From Catajapyx aquilonaris (Eukaryota), in the NCBI GenBank assembly GCA_000934665.2, contig KZ538252.1, positions 1 through 64,000 on the forward strand: DNA of 64,000 nucleotides, in the 5' to 3' direction. Positions 1 through 12,700 of this stretch are shown one piece after another (positions within the stretch are counted from its first letter, which is position 1; the number at the start of each line of letters is the position of its first letter). The notes under the pieces were generated by a model. It ran no database searches and was not told the DNA's origin. It saw only the letters and a list, made by a program, of their open reading frames with translations. Both the position numbers and the translations under genes were made by a program.

Positions 1-325
1 TAACGAACTTCACCGGCTGGATTGAGTGACAGCGGCTGGAGAGGAGGGGGGAGAGAAGGGGGTGGGCTATTGTTCTCGGGGAACCGGGGGAGTTGGCTGT
101 ATACATTAATTTCGCGATCTCGGGTTTGCGTCTACATTTAATTTGGCGATCTCGAAAACGGCAGGGAAATTCGCGGTTTTGAGGATTTTTGGACATTGTA
201 ACCCGGTGGCAAGGAATCCAACGGCGTAAGTCCGACGTCTCTGCGACGCCGGGAAGTGCGAAATCTTTTTCATCCTATATCCTCCTCCTCGGCGTGGGGC
301 TTTATATATATTAGAAGATAGAAGA
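1..325 (-). mobile_element. Probable 5' end of a non-autonomous Helitron-like element running off the left edge
   Basis: The minus strand reads A|TCTTCTATCTTCTAATATATATAAAG, resembling the 5' end of the complete Helitron at 12720-12992 (A|TCTTACATATATAAATC). The 3' end is not in the window. Confidence 0.4.
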
Positions 326-354
326 TATGGATTAACTATGGATTAACCATAACT

Positions 355-930
355 CATATTTGTTTCACTTATATTTAATCTAGAGTTAATCAAATAGTTA
401 TTTTATCAGTTATATTTATGAGTTGTATTTTACTGATTAAATTAATTACATTTGAGTTTGTCTTATTAGTTATTTTATATTTATTATTCACTAGCATTTA
501 TGCTATATTAAATAAATTGTATAAAAATAAAATATAATCAATAAAATGTAAAATTCTAGCTAATAATAAATATACAATAACTAATAAAACAAACTCAAAC
601 GTAATTTAATCAATAAAATACAACCAATAAATATAACTGATACAATAACTATTTGATTAACTATAGATTAATATAAGTGAAATAATATAACTCATAAACA
701 TAACTAATAATATGTAATAAATATAACTAATAATATCTAATAAATATAACTAATAATATGTAATATAACTAATAATATCTAATAAATATAACTAATAATA
801 TATAATAAATATAACTAATAATATCTAATAAATATAACTAATAATATCTAATAAATATAACTAATAATATGTAATAAATATAACTAATATGTAATAAATA
901 TAACTAATAAACATAGCTAATAAGAAGTAA
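355..930. repeat. AT-rich long inverted repeat (~361-510 vs ~545-690) followed by a ~23-bp tandem array (TAATAATATCTAATAAATATAAC)n
   Basis: TTTCACTTATATTTAATCTAGAGTTAATCAAATAGTTA is mirrored by TAACTATTTGATTAACTATAGATTAATATAAGTGAAA. Tandem units are visible at ~700-920. Confidence 0.8.
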
Positions 931-1921
931 TAAATAAAAATGAACTATCTTGGCCAATATTGAGCCAATAATGAATCGGCTCCTCCACACCCGCTATGAA
1001 TAAACGGCTAAATCACTCCACTTAAGGCTACTTTTTATCCCGGCCCAATACCAATGTCTGCCAAATCAATACCCCCCTCCCCCTCCTCCCTTTGACATCC
1101 CTCCGGATGAATAAACCTCCCTGAAAGACATAATTACGAGTAGAGTAGGGGGAGGGGTTATTCACGTGTCATCCCCAGAATGAACTAAGGGGAGGGGGGA
1201 GTTGTGCCAATCCTTCTTCTTCTTCTTCTTCGTTCCTCTATAGTCTGGCCTCCAACCCTATTTGGACCCGGTATAGAAAAGAAGGCCTCCCTCCCCCTCC
1301 CAAAGTCCTCTGGAGAAAAGCGACAAGACAGTTCCCTCCGTCGCCCCGCCATTTATTCTACTGTCTCCCCATGAATTCAAGGGGGATAGATTTAGGGGCT
1401 GCTCAGGCCGCAGCAACTTTTTTGGTCCAATGGCCCTCCTCCGCCCAGCTCCTTTTTGCCACTACGTATTTTTAAAAAAAAATCCAGGGTCTGACCGCAT
1501 GCTGGTTGGTAATTGAATCGCCAGCTGGCAGCACGGCTTTAGTTCCATCGGTGGACCTGAGGCTATGCAGCAGCATCAAGTAGCGGGGTATGAATGAAGC
1601 CCATAGGCCATGGTCGGGTAGGGGGGGAGGATGTCCCTAAAGGCCTCAAATGAACTCAAACCTCGCAGCTTTCATTGGCATAAATTATGGAAATATTGGG
1701 AGGGGGAGGCTGCGGTGCTTCCAGCCATCCCCTCCCCACCCTGCCCTCCAGCGGCTATAGGGACAGATATCGGGAATGAGAGGTATATATCTCCGCTGGG
1801 ATTGATCAATCATGACAATCCGCTATTTATCATGTCCCGACCTCCAAGTCCATCTGACATATCGGGCAACTTGGGATTCTCTTATTTGCGCTAAGACATG
1901 TAAAAATGTGACTTTACTCAC

Positions 1922-2001
1922 CGATAGTTCAATGAGATGAAACGCTGCTCCTCCAATGGGACGGTCTCGCTGACGTTCCTGCATCTGCTATACCGTAGCA
2001 T
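1922..2001 (-). other. Possible first coding exon of a gene continuing left (MLRYSRCRNVSETVPLEEQRFISLNY..)
   Basis: ATG at 2001, open frame ending at a strong donor CG|GTGAGT at 1921. No homology recognised. Confidence 0.2.
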
Positions 2002-2398
2002 TCAAATCAGTCAAAAACGCTGCTGCAGATGTGCTGAAAAATGCTCGATTAATATGCGAAGCTATATATGGTCATCGGCAAATTTTTCATCCAGATAACG
2101 GCCTTTTTTCAGTACATGAGCCGCTGATTTCACGGGAAAATTTTAAATCGTAATTTCAACCAACATTATCTGAAAACACAGTCTGATTATTTACAGGCTA
2201 CCAAAAACTGCAAAATAACATTGAACATCGAACATTTCTGTATTATTGTCACATGCTGAGCCATTTTACCTCATAAGCAACATTATTGTAGCTGTCTCGC
2301 TTAGTGTACATAGCACATAATGAGTAATATTAATGCAGATTACATATGCAGTGAAGAGCTGTAAGAAATCACAGTGTAAGTCACACATACACATTGTT

Positions 2399-4199
2399 TC
2401 AATCCTGATAGCACTCGGAGAGGACACGGATGTTCTCTATGCTCTCCGCGTACTCGTCTGGCTCCACTCCCGATTCAAACAAAGTCCGGTTCCTCCAGGC
2501 AGGCATCTTCCCAGCCACGCCAGCCAGTCTCCCTAGTTCCGCACCCACTGCCTGTGAGCTCTGCACACTGGTCATCACTGGCACTGACCTGACCTGGCCC
2601 TGTCTGGGCTCTCCTCCAATAAGTCCGTCAAATGTCACGTCCGATGCGAATATGTTCGGATAAGCGACGCTCACTCGGAATGGATCGGACGTCAATCCGC
2701 ACACTGCCGTGGTTGTCTGGGGATACGCCCTCTGCATGTGGGCGCGACAAAGTTCAGATGGGTTGGCTGCTCTGGTGTTTGGGTTACTCTTGGTATCCGC
2801 ACTGTACAGCGTCTCTGCTCCTCTCACTGACAGAAGCTGAGTGTAGATACGCTCCTGTGAAGCCTCCAGAGATGACAGAATGTTGTCCAACCCCCCGTCC
2901 ACCTGCCAAATTTGTAGCATCAATATTTTGAACCCGTTGCACGGTTTTCTAACCAACCTTAATTCCTGCAGGCAGCCACGTTTGGAGAGCGGCCACCTTC
3001 CGCCCAGATTGAGAGATGATGGCGGCCATCTCAGAGGCGGATCCCCAGTCCGAGTGGAGGTGTGGCTGCTTCAGTCGGTGCGGGAGGGTGAGTGTGTCCA
3101 GGGCAGCAGCCAGGACTGCACTGGTATGGTATGGGCGGTCAAGGTCAAGGGAGGGCAGGTGAGGGGACTTGTTGGCCGACAGAGGAACAAGAACAGACCT
3201 GTGGATAAGCACAATTTAGATTTTTCACTCTTGCCGCATATCAACAAGTACAAACCTGCGTGAAATTGCATCGTAGCACAGGACAGTGTTGGAGATAGGT
3301 CCTTGTTTGGAGTTGACTGGAAAGAACAGGGCTGATTGACCCGAATATTCGTCAGCTAGATGAGATGCAGCGTTAGCAGCCATCCCAGAGAAAGCGTCGC
3401 TGGTGTCGACAATCACGTGAAAAGCATCGGGGTTGTCGCACTCTTCAACGAGGTGGCGGATCCGATCCTCAAAGTCATCCCGCAGGTCTGGGTTCTCCGT
3501 GAAGATGGATGTCCCTTGGCCGAACCATCCAAATGGAGGGATGTCCGGACTGCTCTCTGGGTGGTGGTTGCGAAGAGTCATCACAGTGCGTGGGTGCAGA
3601 TGGGGAATCAGGAAGTCAGACCAGAGGCAGACGTCGGAGAGTGGGGCGGACGCTGACGACGACGCAGGCTGATCTGTGACGAAGCGTTATCACCAAAATG
3701 CGCATAGGCAGATCCAACAACTGACCTTCTCGCCCGTCGTGGCACGTGTCCTTATCCTCATCGTCGCAGGTCATGTTGTCCCCCTCCAGCTTGCGAACGA
3801 ACGGGTTCTTTGGTGCGGACTGCTGCCTGCACATCACCACAGCCCCGTCCCACCTGGCCTGGCTCTCCTTAATCGGTCCCCCACTGGTACGCTCGTACAG
3901 CTCCCCCGCCTCGCTCAGGCCGCCCAGGCTGCCCTTCAGATCCACCAGCAGGAGACGAGGCGTGAACGTCACCTCACCCTGTCGGAAGCGAACAATGTCA
4001 TCCGCATCTCATCCGGATACGACCAGACACGTACCCTGCCTGTGACCCCCTCTTTGTACAGCACGTCGCAGTCCACCTGCGACTGACTCTCCCCTCCTGC
4101 GTAGTTGAAGCTGGCCTCCTGCGCATTCCACCAGTGCGACCCTACAAAGTTTGCGTAGTGGCCCAGCTGCAGGGTCAGCACCTCTCGTCTCGCACCCAT
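2399..4199 (-). CDS. MSTO1: Protein misato (tubulin/FtsZ-like); about 5 exons with short GT-AG introns (first two exons 4199-4035 and 3978-3726)
   Basis: N-terminal REVLTLQLGHYANFVGSHWWNAQE, TFTPRLLLVDLKGSLG, WSDFLIPHLHPR, FEDRIRHLVEECD and PYHTSAVLAAALDTLTLP are Misato/DML1 hallmarks. Confidence 0.93.
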
Positions 4200-4249
4200 C
4201 TGCAACGGACACATGTAAAGGTAAGAGTGACCACATGTAACAACCCATC

Positions 4250-4394
4250 TGACCTTTGACCTCTGCTGGTACTGCTGGTTACAATTAACGAGGGCCAGAC
4301 CCTGCCTGTTAATTGCAATTAAATTAAAAAGCGAGCCGGATCCGCGCCGGGTGCGGTTTGCACAAATCCAATATGGCGATCCAGTGTTGCCAAC
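4250..4394. promoter_or_regulatory. Candidate bidirectional promoter motifs between misato and PTS
   Basis: The ATGs are 359 bp apart head-to-head. The interval holds TGACCTTTGACCT (4250-4262), YY1/Pho-like AATATGGCG (~4370) and CAGTGTTGCCAAC (4382-4394). Confidence 0.45.
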
Positions 4395-4558
4395 GGCTCG
4401 TTAATTTCGCATTAATTTTAAACCAGTTTTGTAGCCATTACTTATCATCGTGCATAGTACAAGCGCGTCAGTTATTATATCTAGTTAAAAGACAGCTGCA
4501 AATTTACATTTAGAAAGTACATTACCACCTGTTCTGTCCACTATTTTTTTGTCCTGAA

Positions 4559-5060
4559 ATGTCCCGGACACCTGTGGCCTACCTGACCAGAAGGGAAAAG
4601 TTCAGCGCAGCACACAGGCTATACAAGTACTGTACCGCACCTTGCACCAATTGCGCTTACTATTTAACATCCAATCCGCAGCGATGGGATGTCCGAAGAG
4701 GACAACCTCCGCATTTATGGGAAGTGTGCCCACCGCAATGGGCACGGACACAACTACACTGTGGAGGTGACGCTGAAGGGGCCGGTGGATCCCAGGACGG
4801 GGATGGTGATGAACCTGACTGACCTGAAGAGGGCCATGGACCAGGCCGTGATGGACGTCCTGGACCACAAGAACATAGATAAGGACGTGGAGTACTTCAA
4901 GACCAGGGTCAGCACCACTGAGAACGTGGCCGTCTTCATTTGGGACGGGCTGAAGGAGGTGCTGCACATACCCAAGCTACTGTACGAGGTCAAGGTGCTG
5001 GAGACGGACAAGAACATCGTGGCATACCGCGGGGAGTTTGCGGAAACGACACAGATCTGA
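4559..5060 (+). CDS. PTS: 6-pyruvoyl tetrahydropterin synthase (purple); exons 4559-4626 and 4682-5060
   Basis: [20 protein letters not shown] (catalytic Cys and Zn-binding His), LDHKNID, STTENVA and ETDKN. A 55-bp GT-AG intron joins the frames. Confidence 0.96.
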
Positions 5061-5320
5061 GCTTCCTGATTGTTAAAAGATTGCGAACAATATATTCAGT
5101 AAAATTAATTTTTATTTCAATGTACGGTATAAACCCAAAACAAATATTCAATAGTAATGGTGCGTTTACATGTGAGCGATTTGATTGTGTGATGTCATCA
5201 CCGAGCGATGAATTAAATGGTTTGAGGTGAAAGTAACAATCGATTTTCGCCTCAAACAATACTGGTTACTTTGGTTACGCTTACGCAGCGATGTTACCGC
5301 TGGCGATGACATCGCGTGAT

Positions 5321-5649
5321 CAGGGAGCATATACTACATAAGAGGCGCAAACATTCGATTTCCGCGTCTCTCTGTTTGGGGCGTTGCCAAGGCTGGCGGC
5401 CATCTTGAAGTGTGGGGAACTCCAACGAGGTATAAATAGGGTACAGGCAAAGATAGGGTCCACCATCTTTGATTCGCGCATGTGGCAGCCAAAACCATCA
5501 AAGATGGCGGACCCTATTTTTTCCTGTACCCTATTTATACCTCGTTGGCGTTCCCCACACTTCAAAATGGCCGCCAGCCTTGGCAACGGCCCCAAACAGA
5601 GAGACGCGAACATCAAAGGCTGCGCCTCTTATGTAGTATATGCTCCCTG
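5321..5649. mobile_element. Near-perfect palindromic MITE (P-element-like CA..TG ends, 7-bp TSD)
   Basis: Ends are CAGGGAGCATATACTACATAAGAGGCGCA and TGCGCCTCTTATGTAGTATATGCTCCCTG, flanked by GCGTGAT at 5314-5320 and 5650-5656. The whole element is self-complementary. Confidence 0.88.
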
Positions 5650-5706
5650 GCGTGATCAAATAGCTCACATGTAAACACACCTTAATGCATATATCCTGCC
5701 CGCAGA

Positions 5707-6776
5707 CTAAGCCAGCTCTTTAGACGTGAAGTACACTTCGCGTGTGAGTGTCGTTGTGATGCAGGGCGTCTGCTTCTTCCTGAACGGTTGCGGCTTGTTG
5801 GAGACGTTCTTGTCAAAGTGGAAGGCCACCAATCGGCACACGTCGGCCATCATGCTCAGGAGATCCTTCTTGGTGCTGTGTGCGTTCAACACGCGGCAGA
5901 GGGAGTCGATGAACCAGGAGCCCTTGCTGGTGTAGCGCCATGAAAAGTAACCTGGGGAGTAAACTCTGGTTAATCCGGACCAACACGAGGGCCGGTGGGA
6001 CTTACCTGGGATTGACGAGTATGCAATAAGAAAATCGGCATGAACTGGTATCTTGTACACTTCAACTTTATCAGGAGAAAGCTTGCTGAATGCCGACACT
6101 TGACTGCTGGGATCCACCTGGTCACCCTGGCAGGCCTGTAAACACAAGGTGGTAAACCGCGATTCCCAACATTTCATGAGGGGTCACCAAACCTGAATGA
6201 AGAACAGCTTCGGCTTCCCCACAAGTGAATGGCACTTGTTGGCCGTGAATGGTTCCCACAACTCCTGCGGCTTGTAGCGGCCATCCTTTGCGAACAGCAC
6301 GCCCGATTCGCCATGGGACAGCACAGCCACAATGACGCTGTCGTATTCCGAATGATCCGTTCTGGCCACTGTTTGAGACGCAGCAATGATTATCCGAGCA
6401 TTGCGGCCGAACAATGGAACTTACAATCTGCTATTGCGTTCTTGACGTCCGCCACAGTGAGGTCGTTCTGAAGTGTCACCTCGTACCCAACCTTCTTCAG
6501 CGTCTCCACCAGGTTGTTGGCGTCCAGCGTGGTACCGGTCCTGGCCATCAGGTTCAGATTGGGGTTGAACTCCATGTGGTTCAGGATCAGCGCAATCCCT
6601 CTGGGCACACGGTCCATCTTGTAGCGGGAGTCCTCAGCGGACAGCGCGACGTACGGCAGTTCGTATGACGCATGTGTCCTCCTTGTCGCATCCGGAGTGA
6701 GGTGCCCTTCTTCGTTGGGTGGCCTCCTGATCACCTGTGCGTCCACCTGTGTTTCCTGAAGATGATCAGTCTCCAT
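5707..6776 (-). CDS. Effector caspase, DrICE/Dcp-1-like, short prodomain; 4 coding exons
   Basis: RGIALILNH, RTGT, LSHG (catalytic His), GKPKLFFIQ|ACQG (catalytic Cys), YKIPVHADFLIAYS, SWRYTSKGSWFI and KQTPC. Introns are GT-AG and ~55 bp. Confidence 0.93.
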
Positions 6777-6998
6777 TGTCTGCAACCAGGAAGCGATGCA
6801 ACCTTTATCTGATTAGTCGTGTGACGTCCTGATAATGCATGTCAACATTCATATGACATCACGGGCATGCTTCATTGTTACATGCTGCATTGTTGTGTGG
6901 ACAACTGAAGGCAACAATTATAAATACCTGACAATTTCACTGTACCTTTTTTTGTTGAAGCAACACTCCAACAATGCAGCCTCTAGTGGAAAAACGAT

Positions 6999-7113
6999 GG
7001 ACGATGGCAAATTGTTTCGATACTGCCTCACAATGCAGGGTTGGAAATAAGGCTGGACGATGGCAAAATTAGGACTATTGTTTCGATACCATCATGGCGC
7101 AGGGTTGGAAATA
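6999..7113. repeat. Short direct duplication (~50 bp x2)
   Basis: GGACGATGGCAAATT..GTTTCGATAC..ATG..GCAGGGTTGGAAATA occurs twice. Confidence 0.6.
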
Positions 7114-7429
7114 CATGGTTTTGACATGCTCATGTTTTTGGTTCTTTTTTATCATTTTGAAAGGCTGGAAAGGGGACGAAAATTATGATTTCAAAATGAC
7201 TACTAAACATGCCGCATGTATACCGGATGACCTGAAATGTGCAAGCGAGCCATTGTTGCTTCGGTTGCAACAATCATTGCCATGGCAATGCATTTAGAAC
7301 AGGTCCATTTAGATATAAAGTGTTTCAATACTAGTCAGAGGTTGTTCCCGTTTGTAACAGACAATTTAGAGGTACTGGTATGATGCGATGTAATATTGTA
7401 ATTGATTCAACTTGTTACTACCGCACCAG

Positions 7430-8353
7430 ATGAAACGACGGCATGATCTAAGGCGGCACCAGAATCAGCCCCTCCGAGACATGAAGGGCCTACAGGAAGA
7501 TATGGAGCGCCTGCAGCTATCCGTGGCCAACGCAGACCTGGTCAACACCTGGGAGCAGGAAGAGCGGATGGAGCTGGAGCAGACAGTGAATGAGCTGGAG
7601 CGGAAACTCCGGGAGGAACAGCTGAAGGCGACGGAGCACTCCCTGTCCGAACACCACCGGAACCTCCTGGCGGACGCTCGGCTGAAGAATGAGCAAGAGA
7701 GAGTGACGCACCTGCAGGACGACCTTGAGAAGAAAAACAAGCTGTGTGACACACTGATGCAGTTTGTGGACACATTAGGAGCGGTCCTGAAGGTGCCGGA
7801 GAATGCGGTGGAAAAGCCTCTGGAAGCTCGGCTGGAAGAGCTGGCCACTGCAACAATTAGTACGCTGAAGACCGACACCACCCGAAGCGACCTGGCCACC
7901 CTAGAAGTAGACATGAACAGATTAGTGTGTTCCGTCAACGAAATATCGGCTGCCATGAAGCGCAAGAGTGACACCCTGGAACGCCTGATGGCCTTTTACC
8001 GCCACAAGCTCTCACGAGTCCAGGAGAGCCTGGACCAAGTCTTGGCCTGCAACAGCGTGGACAGGTTCACAAAGAAATTCAACACCCTCTGGCCGTTGCT
8101 GAAGACGGTTCGTAAAGACATAGGTCGGATCAAGGCCAGCCTGGAAGCTGAAATGCAGGTGGTGCGGAACACTAGTCTGGACAACGATATGTTGCAGTCG
8201 GTCGAAGCCATCAGACACGAGGTACAGGCCAAGACAGTGGCGGCAGGAGACGTTGCATCCGAGATGTCCTCTCGCAGCATCAGGTCCGCCATCCACAAGC
8301 TGAAGCTGGCCGACATGCAACTTGGACTTGGCTCTATGGACAAAATGCTCTGA
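7430..8353 (+). CDS. Uncharacterised coiled-coil protein (~307 aa from ATG 7430; an upstream exon is possible)
   Basis: Long ORF with GC3-rich codons like neighbouring genes and an E/L/K/Q heptad-rich sequence. AATAAA at ~8403. No family recognised. Confidence 0.7.
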   Translation: MKRRHDLRRHQNQPLRDMKGLQEDMERLQLSVANADLVNTWEQEERMELEQTVNELERKLREEQLKATEHSLSEHHRNLLADARLKNEQERVTHLQDDLEKKNKLCDTLMQFVDTLGAVLKVPENAVEKPLEARLEELATATISTLKTDTTRSDLATLEVDMNRLVCSVNEISAAMKRKSDTLERLMAFYRHKLSRVQESLDQVLACNSVDRFTKKFNTLWPLLKTVRKDIGRIKASLEAEMQVVRNTSLDNDMLQSVEAIRHEVQAKTVAAGDVASEMSSRSIRSAIHKLKLADMQLGLGSMDKML

Positions 8354-9720
8354 AGATAATATACACCTCATAAGTTGAGAACAGTGACATATTATTATCT
8401 TAAATAAACATATACTGTATATATAAACACAGCTCTTACAGTACAAAACTGTTCCATGTTGTTATTTAGAGAGTTAAATTATTTTTTTTCCATCCATATT
8501 GTCATGAGTTCAGACAAGTCGTCATTGTTGACCGCTCAACAATGCAGGGAGGGAAAGGTACAGTAAACACATTTTTGAAACCAGTTTGTCAAAAAGGCAG
8601 GTGAACTCAAAAACCGTTACAGTAAATGTTACAATAATGCGGCCCTTCCGTCGTAACAACCGTTAAAAGCAATCAATCACAGAAGTCGATCTAACATTCT
8701 TTTTATCTCGTCGTCTGGTGCCGTCGGGAACGTACATTCCCGAATTACTATGCCATTTAAAAAAATTGATATGGTAGCACTTGCTTCGCTAGGAGGCATC
8801 TCAAGGAGGGAGAGAGTTACAAAGGAAAGTAGCTCCACCTTTTTATCTCTATTCCTCACCATTTTTAAATAGAGGAACTTCCAGCTGGAACCGATTTTTA
8901 AATACATTAAATTACATGTGTAAAGCTGGATACTACTTTGCTTTTTTTTTTTAACACTCTTTAGAACCAAAACGCGGTTTGGTTACGAGCCAGTTACATC
9001 ATGGAAGAGGACACGTAAACTGCGAAAAACAATGGCAATGACGCATTCATACTCACGCATGCCAATACCCTGACTTTGTTGGGAGATAAAAACCTGCACC
9101 CCATGAAAAAACTGGTTATCTGAAAGATGCGTCACTCTTTGATGTTGGCTTGGATCGAAGGTAAGGGAAGCGGCTTTCCCACGACAGTTCTGACGACACT
9201 TTGGGACGAAAAATGCAGTGAATGGGTCGCACGCCTCGTTAGAACAGGTGGCAGTTTAGCTCCTACGCATTTAAAGCATTGCCGATCAGCCTACGTCTGA
9301 CCCACTATGCATACGACACAAAAAAAAATAAATGCAACATATGCAATAAATATTGGCTGTCAACCCACAAAAGATACATAATCTACATTGATCGGAAGAA
9401 CACTTAACACTGAATTCAAACTATACATCACACCGATATCCAATAGAATTTTATGTTAATGCCCCGATGTCCCTTGCCTTCGAACCAAGCGACACTAATG
9501 TGCTCTCGAGTGCTTATCTCAACTGCTTTCAATCCCTGAGGACGCACGGACACATGGAAAAATTATGGTCTGCGCACCCTCGTCACACGCTCTCATTTAC
9601 GCCAAGTCACACTCACACAATGTGGGTGGGGAGGGCCACCAATCTGTGCCTATACAGTCCACTGTACACACTCTGCACCGGGAAAAAAGTTTCCGTCAGA
9701 CACTGGCATCCACTGGGAAA

Positions 9721-12700
9721 TTAGTCCGAGTCTGAATCGTCCCCGTCGTCGTCGAAGCCATCCAGATCAGCATCCTGCAGCAGGCCAGCCCCGAGGGCGT
9801 ACTCTATCAAGGCAAGGTGGCAGAAGACGTACTGGTCTGGCATCTGGATGCTGTAGGCGCGCTGGGAACGAATCCTCTCCACCGTCCCCTGCACGTCCAC
9901 TGTTGAGACGTCCTCCAGTCGCCGGATGCAGATGTCCAAGGTGCACAAAGTACCTGCAAAAGGACCGTCAGTACACAGCTTCACTCCTCTCCGCCAACAT
10001 ATACGTACCTGTCCGTCCGATCCCAGCGCTGCAGTGCACCACGATGGGCGGCCCTAGTGGATGGCCTGCCCAGGTGTCTCCCATTTCCTGCACAGCCTCT
10101 GCCTGCCTCTGCCTGACCTTCCCTAAAAAGTCAAGCATGGCACCGGCACTGTGTGGCACCCCGTAGTCAGGCCAGCTGGTGAACTGCATGTGGGTCACTT
10201 TTCTAGACTCCCCTGTCTTGAGGTTTGTCAACGATTGGGAGGTCACCATGTAGTCCGCCTGCTCTTCCACCCCAGTTGCCCTCACTTTGAACCCCTCGGT
10301 GGTCACCTCCGCTCCGTCTGACATGGGCCAGTACTGGCCGCACTTGGGTCGCCCCCTCTCCACCACCCGGGTGGTCATCACCACCACCAGAACATGCTGC
10401 TCCCACACCATTCGCCAGAAGTCATCAAAGGTACGCGGAAGGGGTCCCTGTGTCGAGATGAATGCATTTTTCTGCCGGTAGCCATCCACAAAGTTGGCGT
10501 TGATGTAGTCCCCTCCATCGTCGTCGCCTCCACTTTGGGACAGCATCACTCGACTGTGGTCGTAGCACAGGACATCCGTGTACCTGAAAGGCCGACGTGC
10601 GATACAGACGTCCTCACATCACCATGGGTGCAAATTCCTACCTGTTTTTAGGCAGGTTTGGTTTCCGTCTTGAAGAATTAAAAGTCCCTGTAGGCGATCT
10701 AGACTTCAGTTCCAGGTAATCCCTGCAGAGTCCCTTTTGTCCCCTCTGCCTCACGTGGTCAACAAACTCCGAGATGGACATCCCCGGGGTGTCAGGTATG
10801 TGCAAGCTGTCGTCATCTGAGAACCCACTGCTGGCAGAGGAGAGAGGAGGCTCCCTGTCCCCATTGCAATCCCCAAGATGGTGATGTGTGGAGTGGGATG
10901 TGTGGTGGGAAGAGTGGCGCTGATGGTGGTGGTTTCGGGGGTCCTCCTCGTCAGGGGTGGACTCCAGGGAATGGCAGCGGGTCTTGTCCGAGGTCCCCAC
11001 CGATGCAGTGAGGACCTTGTCGCTGGTGCAGCTGTCCTCCTCGCTGGCGTTGTTCCCCATCAAGTCGCCCTGATTTCATAAAAGATGTGGATCAGCACAG
11101 GAGCATGATTCTATACTTTGCTTCAACATCAGCATTGTTGGGTCGGGAGGGAAATACCCCCAACAAAAGCTGGCATCCCATCAGAGAATTCAAGGTATAT
11201 GTCGCCATATGGTTGTGGTTGGCTGTGGGGAGATGGCAGGATGTCGGCACGGGACTAAACCCATAGCATGATAAGCCTTGCTTCACAGGTTTTACCAAAC
11301 CACAGTGGTCAGATATTCCCGATTGTGTGGTCCGAGCTTCAGTGATAACACCAAGGGTGTAAATCGCAGGGGTTATTGGACCATGGTGTTACATAAAAAG
11401 TGGCTGGGTATTTACGGAAGCATTACATAAGGCTTGCAAGTCTGTGCCAACTGAAATGACTAACTCAAAAAGTCCTTGATTTTTGCAAAATGAATTTTGA
11501 CACAAATTATATTACAACTTGTGTGGATTGGTCAGTCACATTACGTATGGTTCAGAATTATTAAACAAGCCCTCAGAGGACATGCTCACCTCCTGTAGTC
11601 CTCCGTTGTTGTAGTCACCTATCCCTTGCGAGCCGTTGTTCTCGTGCATCGTTGTCTGCCCACCGTTGTTAATGGTGGGTGAGTCCATGATGGCAGGGGT
11701 GAGGAGGCTGCTGGAGGACAGTGTGGGGGATATGTCGCACAGGAGGTCCCCATGGCGGTTGGTCAGGGACTTGAGGCAGTGCAGCAGCCAGGCATCGTGG
11801 TTCACCGGAAGCTGACCTCCCAGCGTCTCGGGCAGTGCGTTCAGTGGGATATGGATTGGAAGCTGCAAAGGCGGCAAGGAAAGGATGAAACATCCGTACA
11901 GCCCCAATACTCTCATCACAACGATCGGATTTTCTCCGAGTCGCCTTTCAAGCAAATGCATCAACATTCATCATATGCAAGTGGGTTACGTTCATAGGCT
12001 TAGACTATAACTCCCTCATTCATAATGCATGCCACGGCAAAGTAGCCTACAAGCCGGTAGCATCCCTTGACATGTATTGACAAAGCCATAACAGCGTGCC
12101 ACGGCCAGAGTTGCCTCGGCTCCTCCAATGCTCTTGACGTAACCTGCCCCTTTCGCCTGCAGCCACCCTTAATGACCTCCCCTCCTGTTCTGTCAAAATA
12201 CCATCCAATTAGCGGTCTGCATGCAACCCCAATTACCTGTGGGAGGCTGACGGTATACACTCGGTCCCTCAGCTTCTCCCTGACGAATAGCCTCAGGATC
12301 TTAAACGGCGCTTTGAACCACAAGGGAGCGGTCACTATCAGCACCTTCTTCAGTCTGGCCGGATAACCTCCCTGCAAACACACAAAAAAATTGGTCACAA
12401 TCAATATTTTAAGCCGGGGGGCCAATTAACTTTTAAATCAAGCACCGGCGGAGAGAGGGCCACGCTTGGTGCCAACGCGCTGTAACATAATGACAAAATA
12501 ATAAACTGATTAGCCCCTATTGAACCGCTGCCGATGCCACCCATTGTGCACATAAACAGGCATATTATGGCACAAATCTATGCCGTTTCATCTGACAACA
12601 CCCTCGTTATGTGAAACGTAAAATATTAGCCTACAAATAATTAATGGTGGAATATTCAAAATTAAATTTTGAATATTTAAAACTAATACTGAGTATGTTA

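Noticed and set aside
5320..5674. Mirror-image ORFs on both strands (98 aa and 96 aa)
   Set aside because: Artefact of the palindromic MITE; no protein features.
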